Positions 10,320 through 20,815 of a stretch of 64,000 nucleotides of DNA are shown here, one piece after another. A model generated the notes under the pieces. The model was not told the DNA's origin. It made no database searches and saw only the letters and a program-made list of their open reading frames with translations. Source of the DNA: an uncultured delta proteobacterium. GTDB taxonomy: Bacteria > Desulfobacterota > Binatia > UBA9968. The stretch's first letter is position 1, and every line of letters starts with the position of its first letter. Location: NCBI GenBank assembly GCA_963847445.1, contig CAWJZV010000007.1:160001-224000 (forward strand), given 5' to 3'. Both the position numbers and the translations under genes were made by a program.

Positions 10320-10748
10320 ATGTCAATCGAAGCATTATTTCCTCGATTGCGAGAAACCGGGTATCAAATCACAAGCCCGGTCACAAACGAGTACAATTGT
10401 ATAGCCTGGGCTGCTGGTGAGACTGACCGGTGGTGGTGGCCGGACCCAAGCGGTTCCAGTTATTGGCCTGAAGCGGCCCCACGGCAGGAAACCGTCGAAG
10501 CATTTTTAATCGCATTTTCGTTCTCGGGGTTCGAGCCTTGCTCAAGTGATTCGTTCGAAGAAGGCTTTGAGAAGGTCGCAATCTATGCAAATGCCCAAGG
10601 CCAACCCACACATATGGCTAGACAACTCAGAAACGGAAGATGGACAAGCAAACTCGGAAAATTAGAAGATCTTGAACATCGGTTAGACGGCTTGGATGGC
10701 TCAACAGTCTACGGAATGGTTGCACAATGTCTCAAGCGTTCTCTCTGA
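10320..10748 (+). CDS. Small putative papain-like Cys-His hydrolase (DUF7689-like)
   Basis: YNCIAWAAG (Cys), WWWP, THMARQ (His), WTSKLG; starts 1 nt after upstream stop. Confidence 0.65.
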   Translation: MSIEALFPRLRETGYQITSPVTNEYNCIAWAAGETDRWWWPDPSGSSYWPEAAPRQETVEAFLIAFSFSGFEPCSSDSFEEGFEKVAIYANAQGQPTHMARQLRNGRWTSKLGKLEDLEHRLDGLDGSTVYGMVAQCLKRSL

Positions 10749-10846
10749 TCAGTACCTTTGTACTAAACTAAACGTCGTACAACTGCTAACCAAAGACTCC
10801 GATAACTAATCACGACGTTACTTTCGACAGCGCCTTCTACCCAAAT

Positions 10847-11105
10847 TCGACTCACCACGACGGGCTCGACTTCATACAAGCCGTTGACAATTTTTTCTAT
10901 GCCGGCTTCATCGATCTGGTCAATGATCTCGGGCTTGGCTTTTTCCTAGTCTAAGACTCAACCCGTCTCTCTAGCTTGCGAACGCCTACGCAGTGATGGC
11001 TCACTGAGACCCTCAACGGATAACTACCGACGTCTTCCAGCTTGTTCGTCAAAGCCCCGCGGCGCATCGTTAGCGAAAGTGACCAGCTAGCGCTTGCCGA
11101 GCGTG
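10847..11105 (-). pseudogene. Mosaic of gene fragments: tctC-like 3' end plus two adenylate-cyclase segments
   Basis: 10847-10946 reads EKAKPEIIDQIDEAGIEKIVNGLYEVEPVVVSR (matches TctC tail near 30490-30590); 10979-11042 matches 27078-27143; 11046-11105 matches 27783-27843. Confidence 0.75.
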
Positions 11106-11120
11106 AGGAAAGGTTAATGG

Positions 11121-11470
11121 ACGTTGTTGACTAGCTGGACAAAGTCTAAGGGATAGCAGACAGAGTCAGAGGCGGTAAGCGTCGCTACCGCAAGCAAGGC
11201 TCGATAGTCCAGGGAGGCTTCACCGTGGGATGATTCGAGGGATCCATGCGTGGGTTATCGGGGAGGCGCACTGGACAAATGTCGTATGGCTGACAGAATT
11301 CAGAAACGGCAGCCGACGTGGAAAGATGCCTACGATAGGAGCGTCATTCGGATGCAAGTTGGTAGAAGATTTTGCCGTCACGATCGCCGAGATAGCGCTG
11401 CAACTTGGAAAATTGACTTCAGGATTTTTGAAGTTATTGACGAAACGTTTGTCCTGCTAGTCAACAACGT
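11121..11470. mobile_element. REPIN/MITE-like element, copy 1 (350 bp), with RAYT-tail remnant inside
   Basis: Ends acgttgttgactagctggacaaa / tttgtcctgctagtcaacaacgt (22/23 inverted match); internal remnant FRNGSRRGK..KLVEDFAVTIAEIALQLGK. Confidence 0.8.
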
Positions 11471-11560
11471 ACCCTAATTCTCACTTTCTGATCCTATTGC
11501 AAAACCATCGTCCCCCGATAATATGTTCGAACCATTTGAATTTACCGAGGAGGATTTTTC

Positions 11561-12403
11561 ATGGGCCGAATCACACACATGGCGATGTGTACAAATAACA
11601 ACCGTCGTCTCGCCAGGTTCTATAAGATTGTCTTTGGTTGGGACGAAGTTTGGAATCCTTTCCAGAACAGTCCTCATGCATTTTATATCGGTGACGGCTA
11701 TTTCAATCTCAACTGCTTGCAGATTCGACCGGGTGCGGCCAAGCCAAAGCCGCAGGCCGGCGTCGGAAATAGCCGGGGTGCCGGGGTTGTCGTTGACGGC
11801 AAAGTGATTCTGCCGGAAGTGGGTATGAATCATATCGGCTTTCAGGTTGACGACCTCGCCGAAGCCAATCGCCGACTCGCGAGCTTGACGCCGGCGATTA
11901 CTCCCGTTGCCAGTCCGAACGATGGCCGTTATGAAGATCAGCGGTTCATCGATCTTGCGGGCAACGATATCGAACTCAGCCAACGCGTCTGGGACCCTGG
12001 GCCAAAGATGAAACCTGCCATGGCTCGCCACGTCGCCTACAACACGGAGGATCCGGACCGTTCAGCGGAGTTTTTCAAGTTTGCCCTCGATATGAAACAG
12101 GTCGGCCGCAAGGAGTCGAAAACGACGGGCATGGCGGCCGTGTATCTTTCGGATGGCACTATGAATCTAGCGCTTGTGAAAAACCCACCGATCGCGAAAA
12201 CGAGCGTGCAGCTGCTTGGCATAAAGGTGCCGAGCATCAAAGAAGTCGGCGAACGCTTGCGTGAATCGGGTGATTTTCTTTACCCGGGCGAGCCTCAGGT
12301 GGTACTCCGCGAACGGCCGGCGGACAGTCCTTATAAAACCGTGTACCTGCGCGATCCGGATGGAAACGAGATCGATGTATCCGAAGAAGGCTGGGAAGTC
12401 TAG
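11561..12403 (+). CDS. VOC/glyoxalase-family protein (two domains)
   Basis: ITHMA, NHIGFQVDD, RHVAYNTEDP, RDPDGNEIDVSE; GAGGAGG RBS. Confidence 0.85.
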   Translation: MGRITHMAMCTNNNRRLARFYKIVFGWDEVWNPFQNSPHAFYIGDGYFNLNCLQIRPGAAKPKPQAGVGNSRGAGVVVDGKVILPEVGMNHIGFQVDDLAEANRRLASLTPAITPVASPNDGRYEDQRFIDLAGNDIELSQRVWDPGPKMKPAMARHVAYNTEDPDRSAEFFKFALDMKQVGRKESKTTGMAAVYLSDGTMNLALVKNPPIAKTSVQLLGIKVPSIKEVGERLRESGDFLYPGEPQVVLRERPADSPYKTVYLRDPDGNEIDVSEEGWEV

Positions 12404-12565
12404 CAGGTTGCTAAAAAGATCCAGAGGCGAGGCGCGCATAATCCGTGATCGTGTCGTTGAATCGTGACCGTGAAATCCGCGCGCGCGAACATGCCGCGCG
12501 AACACGAAATCACGCGAGGCGATTGAGCGCAACAAAGCCTATGGGTCTTTTTCAGCAGCCTGCTA
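12401..12565. repeat. Intergenic palindromic element (AGCAGG[C/T]TGCT..AAAAG family), copy 1
   Basis: tagcaggttgctaaaaag ... ctttttcagcagcctgcta; related inverted copy at 39838-39965. Confidence 0.75.
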
Positions 12566-12594
12566 AAACAAATTGCCAATAGGTATCCAACATC

Positions 12595-13557
12595 ATGATA
12601 AAAATCGCTGGCCTGGCATTATTATTGTTGCTTACGCAGGTTGATCCGGCACTCTCGGCGCCGCTGCGGATCTCGTACGCCGCGATTGCCGCGAATATCG
12701 CGGGCATCTGGATGGCGGAAGGGAGCGGAGCACTTAAAAAATACGGCCTGGATGTTCAGTTTGTCTACATTCCGTCGAGTGGAACCAATGTGCAGGCTTT
12801 GCTAGGCGGCAACATTGACGTGATGGTAGCCGGCAGCAGCGGTCTCGTCAGCGCCGCGGTTCGCGGCGCGCCGCTGGTCGCCATTGCGTCGCAGATGAAC
12901 CGCCCCCCGGTTACCCTTTATGTTCAGCCGGAGATCACGCATCCGGATCAGCTGAAGAATCAGTTTTTGGGTATCACCCAATACGGTTCGTCGACTCATG
13001 CGCTGTCGATCCTGGTGTTGCGTAAACTTGGGTTGGAAAAAAGTGTCAATCTAAGGCCTCTCGGAGGAACACCAGCGGTTCAAGCTGCCTTCGAGCAAAA
13101 GATAATCGCCGGGATGCTGACAACCATCAAACCCAAGATCGCGGCGCGGCCGCTGCTGAATGCGGCGGATTTAGACATCCCCTATCCGATGAGCATCATC
13201 GCCGTTAACAGAAGCTTTCTGCAGAGCAATAGAGAGACGTTGGAGCGCTTGCTGCGGGCTTACGTCGAAGGGGTAGCAATGATGGTCCATGACAAAGATC
13301 GAGCCGTGAAGATACTCGCAAAATACCTGCGTCGAACGGATCCAGTTTTTCTCGACGAGACCTATACACTGGTGCGAACCTATACGGAGCGTACTCCTCG
13401 ATTCGATCCGCGAGCCATTCCAACACTTTTGGAATTTGAGCATACCAAGGGAATCAATGCCGATGCCCTCACGGCCAAAGTCATCGATAACAGCATTGTC
13501 GATCAGCTCGTCCAAGAGAAATTTATCGAGAAACTATACGGCAAAGAAGTTCGCTAG
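12595..13557 (+). CDS. ABC transporter substrate-binding protein, NMT1/THI5-like
   Basis: Signal peptide; KKYGLDVQF; C-terminal IDNSIVDQL-x2-E-x-FIEKLY. Confidence 0.8.
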   Translation: MIKIAGLALLLLLTQVDPALSAPLRISYAAIAANIAGIWMAEGSGALKKYGLDVQFVYIPSSGTNVQALLGGNIDVMVAGSSGLVSAAVRGAPLVAIASQMNRPPVTLYVQPEITHPDQLKNQFLGITQYGSSTHALSILVLRKLGLEKSVNLRPLGGTPAVQAAFEQKIIAGMLTTIKPKIAARPLLNAADLDIPYPMSIIAVNRSFLQSNRETLERLLRAYVEGVAMMVHDKDRAVKILAKYLRRTDPVFLDETYTLVRTYTERTPRFDPRAIPTLLEFEHTKGINADALTAKVIDNSIVDQLVQEKFIEKLYGKEVR

Positions 13558-13749
13558 AAGCGGCATCGCCAGGCTTTACGTTGGCGCTCGCCGCAGCACG
13601 ACGCAGTAATTCGCTTGTCAGAACTTAACTCTACGTTTCAGCAAGCTGTCGCAAGACCCGGCGCGCCTGGCGGTCGTCGTCGATAAGCAAATTTCATCGC
13701 GGATTTGCCGTCCGCTAATTTCATTTCAGCGGATCCATTGGGTTGCAGG

Positions 13750-13890
13750 ACGTTGTTGACTAGCTGGACAAAGTCCAAGGGATAGCCGAGAGAGCCGGTG
13801 TGGGATCTCCGAGATAGCGTTCCAATCAGAAATTTGACTTAAGAATTTTAAAGTTATTGACGAAACGTTTGTCCCGCTAGTCAACAACGT
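13750..13890. mobile_element. REPIN/MITE-like element, copy 2 (141 bp, internally deleted)
   Basis: Same terminal inverted repeats as 11121-11470; about 200 bp of the interior missing. Confidence 0.8.
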
Positions 13891-13928
13891 TTATGCGTGA
13901 AATATCTTCGCGTCACCTTTTCTCACCC

Positions 13929-15182
13929 TCAGCGGACCGGCTGCGTGCGGTCTACGGCCGCGCCGCGCAAGATCACCGCTGAGATGCGTCGCGTGTTGGT
14001 GATATCGTCCAGCGGGTTTGCGTCGAGAACGATAAAGTCGGCGCTCTTGCCGGCTGCCAGCGTGCCGGCGTCGGCGAGCCGCAACAACTCGGCTGAATTG
14101 CGCGTCGCCGCCACGATGACTTGCATCGGCGTCATCCCGGAGCTCACCATGTCTAGCATCTCTTCGTGCGGACCCCACGGCCGGTTGCCGTCGGTGCCGA
14201 GCGTGATGCGCACACCCGCCGCATTCAGTTTCGCCAGATTGCGCGCCTGAATCCCGAACAGGGCCTGCGCCTTGGGCCGATCCGTGTTAGCCGCTTCGAG
14301 TTTTTTCAATTCGTCGGCCGGAAGGCTCGCGAGCAGCCAGCTTAAGTCACTCTTCACGCCTCGATCCGGCAGGTTCGGAATGAGCACCAGGTTGGGACGC
14401 TGCTTGAACATGGCGACCACTTCGTCGTCGATGTCCTTGTCGCGAATGCCGTGCGCGAAAACGTCGAGCCCGGCGCGAATCAGCCCCTTCGCGTCCTCGA
14501 GACTTAGAATGTGCGCCGCGACTCGTAATCCGCGCTTGTGCGCCTCATCGATGATGGCGCCATACATTTCAGGGGTCAGCTTCTTGTACTTGCCGTCCCG
14601 GTCGTCGACCCAGATCTTGACGATGTCCGCCTTGTGACCTGCAATCTCCGCGACCGCCTTGCGGCCTTCCGCCGCAGTCGTAATCCAGTAAGGCACGGTG
14701 GAGCGCCCCGGCTCGGGCGTCGTGATGCCCCGCCCCGCGCTGCGAAAGCGCGCAGCGCCGGGAATCGTCTCGTCGCGGATATTGAGCAGGCCGTATCCGT
14801 CCGAGTTGCCCATGCTCAACGCCGCGCTCACGCCGTAGTAGGCGCGCTGCTTCAAGTCGCGTATGAGCGCCTCGCGGGTTTCGCCGAGATGGACGTGGGT
14901 GTCGACGATCATCGGCATCACGCTCTTGCCTGCGAGGTTCACGCGCCTGGCGCCGGCGGGCACGCGAACATCGGCGGCTCCGCCGACCTGTGCGATTTTC
15001 GTGTCCTCGACAACCAACGTCGCGTTCTCGATCACGCGTCCGTCGCCCACGATCAGCCGCGCGCCTTCGTACGCCGTGACGGAGCGCTCGGACACCGGCA
15101 TCGCGCATCCACCAAGGAAACCAAGGGTAATGACCGCCGCTACTGCGGCCAGATTCACTCGGTGCATAGAAACCTCCATCAT
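13929..15182 (-). CDS. Amidohydrolase-family protein, probable lipoprotein
   Basis: Lipobox LGGC; PMIVDTHVH, IVKIWVD, AAH, AHG, GTDG, AGKSADFIVLDANPL. Confidence 0.88.
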   Translation of the reverse strand: MMEVSMHRVNLAAVAAVITLGFLGGCAMPVSERSVTAYEGARLIVGDGRVIENATLVVEDTKIAQVGGAADVRVPAGARRVNLAGKSVMPMIVDTHVHLGETREALIRDLKQRAYYGVSAALSMGNSDGYGLLNIRDETIPGAARFRSAGRGITTPEPGRSTVPYWITTAAEGRKAVAEIAGHKADIVKIWVDDRDGKYKKLTPEMYGAIIDEAHKRGLRVAAHILSLEDAKGLIRAGLDVFAHGIRDKDIDDEVVAMFKQRPNLVLIPNLPDRGVKSDLSWLLASLPADELKKLEAANTDRPKAQALFGIQARNLAKLNAAGVRITLGTDGNRPWGPHEEMLDMVSSGMTPMQVIVAATRNSAELLRLADAGTLAAGKSADFIVLDANPLDDITNTRRISAVILRGAAVDRTQPVR

Positions 15183-15259
15183 TGGATATGTGCCCTAGCT
15201 ATTGAGTAGCTCGGTCTTCCTATCACATGAGCCAGATTTCGAAAACATTGCCCGGTTTG

Positions 15260-15480
15260 TATTTCTTATGCGTCAAGTCAGGGGAAGAGCAGAGGAACGC
15301 CCCCAGCTGGTTTATCTGGCGCGGGAGTGGAGCGGGATAACGATCAAGGAGTTGGGGCGGCGGCTGCATCGGGACCCGTCGATGATTAGCCGGTTGTACG
15401 GTTGGTACCAGGGACATCGGAATAGACAAACGGAAGAGAGGCTGACCCGAGCACTGTCTAAATAATCAATACTCAGGCCC
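15260..15480 (+). pseudogene. 3' remnant of RAYT-like transposase (HTH tail) with element end
   Basis: LVYLAREWSGITIKELGRRLHRDPSMISRLY HTH; followed by taatcaatactcaggccc and tandem cctatgcctg x2. Confidence 0.6.
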
Positions 15481-15516
15481 TATGCCTGCCTATGCCTGGA
15501 CATCTGTGTATCAGGA

Positions 15517-15940
15517 TTGCGCCTTGCAGTGGGAAAATGTGCTATTGCAAGACCTCGCCTTAAGTACTGTGATTATCGGAGATATCTTCTTTCCTTCCTG
15601 AATGATAGCTTTACGGCGAGGATCAGAATCGCATTTCACAATTTGACGACATACTCACCAAAGACCTTAGCCGAATTCTTGAAATCCGAAAAAAGGATAA
15701 AGCGATATATGAAGATCTATCTAGCAGGGGCCAATCTAAATACACTCGATCGCAAATTTGAAAATGTTTACCAGGAAAAGGGCGGCAAGATATTGGAACG
15801 CAGCTTTTGAGATAAAGAGTGGTCGAGCCCAAGTCGAGCTGATGTGTTACCTACATCAGAGACTTTGCAAAGATGGCAGGCAAGTGTTGGAGGATATGCG
15901 GCAAGACGAAGACAATAATGTTTGGATCACCGTAATTTAA
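15517..15940 (+). pseudogene. Fragmented AT-rich gene, possibly a PD-(D/E)XK nuclease C-terminus
   Basis: Two overlapping frames; AAFEIK..GRAQV..YL-x-RL..WITVI resembles tails of ATPase-nuclease proteins (weak). Confidence 0.3.
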
Positions 15941-15977
15941 TTCTTCATCCAGTGGTTGCTGTGGTCGAGTCTTGGAT

Positions 15978-16006
15978 TGCGACAAATGTCTGATCTCAAG
16001 ACCTGG
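15978..16006 (+). repeat. Element-end motif TGCGACAAAT-N4-GAT-N2-CAAGACC-N-GG, copy 1
   Basis: Copies at 26332-26360 and 26762-26790; partial at about 13650. Confidence 0.65.
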
Positions 16007-16483
16007 GCTCGGCGTCGCTGGCGCTATCTCAAATTCTTCCAACACCTCCGCGCTCGGTAATCCGATCGCCACGGCGTGGCGCCGATAACCCATATTCACA
16101 CTGACCCGAAGCTCTATTGGTTTCTTGCCTGACACGCAGCCCTCCTTCTGTAAAACAAGATCGATTCATCATCCTTCGGTCTCCTCTACTTACAGAGCCA
16201 CGTATTCGGTGAGAAGATGGCACCATCATCGATTCCTCAGATGATGCAGGTGACGAGGGCGGCATTTCAAGCCGTTGCGAGCCTGAAAGAACAGGCCACT
16301 GACCCCAAGAGCCACACCCTCGTCAGAAACTTCTTTAGTCGATTCTTTTCGTTTCCGCTACCTGTTAGATTCCGATGGTAGACCCTATGCCGATGCGCGA
16401 TCAACGGACGTGCTAACAGGGGTAGCTGGGGGTATTCGCGCCGGCAGCACAGCAAAATGCGAGTTCAATAACGGGATTATTTC

Positions 16484-17556
16484 ATGGCCAAAGAGAGGAA
16501 AGCAAAGATCAAAACGTCTAACGTCTTCCTCGATACGGAAGTCTTTGTTGAAGCAAGCTTCAACTACAATTCACCACGCTTCGCATCTCTTACCGAGCTT
16601 GCTAAAACTCAACGAATAACGGTTTTCCTAACCGACCTGGTATTACGCGGGATAAAGGCCAACATCAAAGACACTGTTGAACGCGCTATCGCCGCATCAA
16701 GGCCTCAGCCAATATTTCGAAACTCGTCAGTACCCCAGGTGAAGGCGCTATTCAAGGGGCTCGACGCTGCTGCCATAAGAAGAGGACCTTTTCACTCAAC
16801 TCGATGCTTTCATCAAGAACGCTGATATCACAATCTTAGCGGTGAAAAACCAGTTCCTCACTCCGGTCCTTGATAATTATTTTAATCGACTTCCTCCATT
16901 CGGTATCGGGAAGAACAAAGCGGAATTCCCCGACTCCTTGAACATTGAAACGCTTAAAGAATGGTGTCGCACAAAAAAACAAAACATGGCCATTGTCACC
17001 CGAGATCAAGGAATAAAGGCTGCCTGCTCAGATGATGGACCTTGTTACCATTTCGAGGACCTTCCCAAATTTCTTGATGCAGTGGCCTCGGAAGGCAAGG
17101 CTCTTTCAGGATTCATTCGCAAGATGATCAGGCGTTTTGACGACAAGAGATCCTGAAAAAAGCCGAGTACGCGTTTCCGAACCTCGGTTTCTATTTAGAG
17201 GACCAGGAAGGTGACGTTAACACCGTTGAAGTGACCGAAATAGAGTACGACGGAAAAATCGAGATCATTTCGCTGGCGACTGAGACAGCAATAGTCGAGA
17301 TGCCTGCAACGATTACCTTCGACGCCGAAATAAGCTACGACGACTCTAGTACCGGGATCTGGGATAGTGAGGACAAGGTCCTCCTCTTCCAAGAAACGAA
17401 AGAGGAAACGGTGACATCGACGAGTGCATCGCAGCATCGCTGTTCGAGATGAGTTTTAAGCCTCTACAACCCAGTTCCTTCCATATACGCCGCGTCTGGT
17501 TCGAGGGGAAGCAGGATATCCCGGTCGAATCGGACGAGGGTTGGCCTTACAAGTAG
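16484..17556 (+). CDS. PIN-domain protein (DUF4935-like), frameshifted
   Basis: VFLDTEVF, PPF-x3-KNKAEFPD, IVTRD across ORFs 16484-16825, 16842-17156 and 17231-17452; final frame ends EGWPYK* at 17556. Confidence 0.75.
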
Positions 17557-17592
17557 CACGGCATCCGATTTGACGGGCAAAGCGGTCAAGCC

Positions 17593-17931
17593 ACGTTGTT
17601 GAATAGCTGGACAAAGTCTAAGGGATAGCCGACAGATAAGTCGGAGGCGATAATAAGCAAGGCTCGATAGTGCGGGTACGCTCCAGTATTACGATGATCC
17701 GGGGGATCAAGGTGGTTATCTCGGAGGCGTGCAAGATAAACGGCATATCGCTGACAGAACTCAGAAGCGGCAGCCGACGTAGAAAGATGCCTACGATAAA
17801 AGTACCATTCAGGTGCAAGTTGGTGAAAGATTTTGCCGTAGCGATCGCCGAGATAGCGCTCCAACTCGGAAAATCGACTTCAGGGTTTTTAAAGTTATTG
17901 ACGAAATGTTTGTCCAGCTAGTCAACAACGT
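17593..17931. mobile_element. REPIN/MITE-like element, copy 3 (339 bp)
   Basis: acgttgttgaatagctggacaaa ... tttgtccagctagtcaacaacgt; internal GISLTELRSGSRRRK..IAEIALQLGKSTS HTH remnant. Confidence 0.8.
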
Positions 17932-18879
17932 CCGGTTTATCCCCCTCCTTTGTACCGCCCTGATCATGAACGAGTTGTCTCTGCGAATCTTTTTAAGGCG
18001 TCAACGCTTTCTCTAAACTCAGCTTAAGAAGGAAGTCCCGGTGCTTTTGACTTGATTCATATTCCGGCAGGATATCGTTCGCCTAATATGCGCCGCACAA
18101 TTTTGCGTGTGAGCTTTTGGATTTCGTTAAGCTCCTCGATCCTAGCTCGCGCACCAGAACCGTGGATTATTCTCGACCTGATTCCATAGAGGCGCTTCGC
18201 CTGTTTATAAATATCTTTTCTCTCTTCGGGGCGGGTCCCGAGTAGAACGGCACATGTCGTGGCTAACCTATGCGTTACCTCGGTATCGCTTGCTGAGCAG
18301 AGAGCTTCAAGTGCAACAGCTTCCTGCAAAAATCGAATCGACGTGTTGAAGGAATATGAGCCAAGCTGGAGAGCATCCAAAGCAGTTCTCATAGCGTGGT
18401 AATGCCTATCAGGTTTTTTCCAAATAGATCGTATCAATGGTCGTGGTCAGTGCCGATGCCTCGGTCAAGTCTCTGAACTCGAGACGATCATTTAACGTTG
18501 AATAAGGCCAGTGGTGCCTGCTGGTGATTCTGACTGTGGCTCCCGTCCTCACGCCAGCTAAATCGTATGTCGCTATTAAAACTCCAAAGCTTTTCATTAA
18601 CGTTGAGCGCCGACCAATATGCGGTCTAGCTTCTTGTTGGCTTGATCAATGGTGGCTTGGGTGCCCGCCGCCACAGATACATGCATGGCAACACTTACAA
18701 AATTATCTGCATTGAGGGCTTGTAAAACTGTTTTTGCTCCAAATTCGTGCTTGAAGGGCTCATCATCGAACATGTTGAGATTGCCAAGCTGATCTTCGCC
18801 TTACGAGCTTATAGCCGTTTGCGAGCTCAGTATCATCTGCTTGAGGAACGTCAATCACAGTTTCAAGTATGGGCAATAC

Positions 18880-20210
18880 CACTACTGTCCGGACGTTGAG
18901 CAGGTCTGAAAGCTGTAATTGGTTGATTTGAAATAGATAACTCATGAGTTTGCTTGGTCTCGATTTGAATCTTCGCACGCGTCATTTGCCATCCTGCGAG
19001 GAACTCACTCGCAGGAGGTCTGCGATGAACTCGGGCAAACTGGTGTTCGCGCAAATCACGCGAGCATCTGCCGCTGACGACGTTTCGCCGTTGCGTGGCG
19101 CGCTACGGCGGGAGCCACAAGGTCAAAAGCTTTTCTTGTCTCGATCAGTATCTCTGCATGGCGTTTGCTCAACTGACCTATCGAGAAAGCTTGCGCGACA
19201 TCGAAGCGTGTCTGCGCGCGCAAGCGGGCAAGCTCTACCACATGGGCATCAAGAGCCGAGTATCGCGCAGCACCCTGGCCGATGCCAACGAGAGCCGCGA
19301 CTGGCGCATCTACGCCGACTTTGCCCAGTCGCTCATTGCCATCGCCCGCCGTCTCTATGCCGCCGAACCCTTTGGCGTCGATCTGAAAGATACGGTCTAC
19401 GCTCTGGATGCCAGCACCATCGATCTGTGCCTGTCGGTATTTCCCTGGGCGCCGTTTCGCTCGACCAAGGCGGCTATCAAGCTGCACACGCTGTTGGACC
19501 TGCGCGGCAACATCCCCTCGTTCCTCCACATCAGCGACGGCAAACTGCACGACGTCAATGTCCTCGACCTGTTGCTGCCCGAGCCCGGCGCTTTCTACAT
19601 CATGGACCGAGGCTACATCGACTTCGATCGGCTTTATCGCCTGCACGAGGCGAAAAGCTTCTTTGTGACTCGCGCCAAGTCCAATCTCAAAGCCCAGCGC
19701 CGTTATTCCCATCCCGTCGATCGAAGCACCGGGTTGATTTGCGATCAGACCATCGTGCTCACCGGCTTTTACTCGCAAGCAGGACTTCGACACGCCACTG
19801 CGCCGGGTCCGGTTCAAAGACCCCACAACCGGCAAGCGCCTGGTGTTCCTCACCAACAATTTCACCTTGCCGGCGTTCACCATCACCGAGCTTTATCGCT
19901 GCCGGTGGCAGGTCGAATTGTTTTTCAAATGGATCAAGCAGCATCTTCGTATCAAAGTGTTCTTCGGCACCTCCGAGAACGCGGTCAAGACTCAAATCTG
20001 GATCGCCGTCTCGGTTTACGTGCTGGTCGCCATCGTCAAAAAACGACTCAACCTCTCGGCCAGCTTGTATGAAATATTACAGATCTTGAGCCTGACCATG
20101 TTCGAACGAATCCCGTTAGATCAACTACTTAACAAGATCGTCACCGATGACATTCAACTCGGTTTCACCTAATCAACTGAATTTGTTCGATTAACGTCCG
20201 GACACTAGTG
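18880..20210 (+). mobile_element. IS4-family insertion sequence (1331 bp)
   Basis: Terminal IRs cactactgtccggacgttga / ttaacgtccggacactagtg (18/20); 9-bp direct repeat gggcaatac at 18871-18879 and 20211-20219. Confidence 0.95.
19025..20194 (+). CDS. IS4-family DDE transposase (DUF4372 N-terminus), frameshifted
   Basis: MNSGKLVFAQI, ESLRDIE, DASTIDL, IKLHTLLD, MDRGY, LYRCRWQVELFFKWIKQ; split across several frames. Confidence 0.92.
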
Positions 20211-20343
20211 GGGCAATACGTTGATTGAAAAGATCGTTTTGGCATAGTTCCGTCCGACTCCACAAACGCTATATAGAAGCTTTAAGGGGACGATGTCATT
20301 GTCGCCTTCGATGTCTCGCCAATTCGTGATAGATCAAATAGGG

Positions 20344-20720
20344 CAAATCCGCTTTTTACTCTTTGCCAAAGCCTCCTCAATTCTTCGTACTCGACGGGCG
20401 AGCTTTTTTTCCTGTACCACTCTCGAGTTCATCCGCAAAAACGCCGATCTCACCGATGAGGTTTTTCTCCAATCCCACCGCTCTACCGATGTGCCCGCCT
20501 ACTTGCCGACTCGTTACATCGCTACCAACAAAGCCTTGCCCTCATTGTCGCGCTTACTCTTACCCCTCAATGACTCGGACCGTTTTGCGTACTCGCGAGC
20601 CGTTGCTTCGACTATTTCGTCGATCCCAGTCCCAAAGATTTCTCGCGATGGTGAGCTTCTCCTCCTCCGCTTCGCGCCCTTTCCCTTGAGCTTTTCTATA
20701 ACCCGTTCAATAAATACACA
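20344..20720 (-). pseudogene. 3' remnant of RAYT-like transposase (DnaA-C-like HTH tail)
   Basis: Reverse strand FIERVIEKLK..IDEIVEATAREY..LRGK..QEKKLARRVRRIEEAL with internal stops. Confidence 0.55.
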
Positions 20721-20815
20721 CGCTGAACTCTACTTGCCAAAGCGCGACCTTCGCGGCTAAAGTGGTGGGGATTGCATATTGAGCATTAACCCCAGAGTTA
20801 CGTTCGGAAACAATC

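Larger units (their letters stand above)
17993..20245 (-). pseudogene. ApeA-like HEPN-domain protein interrupted by IS4
   Basis: C-terminal ALEAL..LYGIRSRIIHG (R-x4-H); 5' end (GGAG RBS, ATG at 20245) lies beyond the IS and joins VLPILETVID across the target duplication. Confidence 0.75.

Noticed and set aside
19025-20194. Programmed frameshifting in the IS4 transposase
   Set aside because: IS4 transposases are single ORFs; multiple indels match the window-wide error pattern
20293-20760. 155-aa plus-strand ORF as a real gene
   Set aside because: It is the antisense of a RAYT-tail remnant that has copies elsewhere in the window
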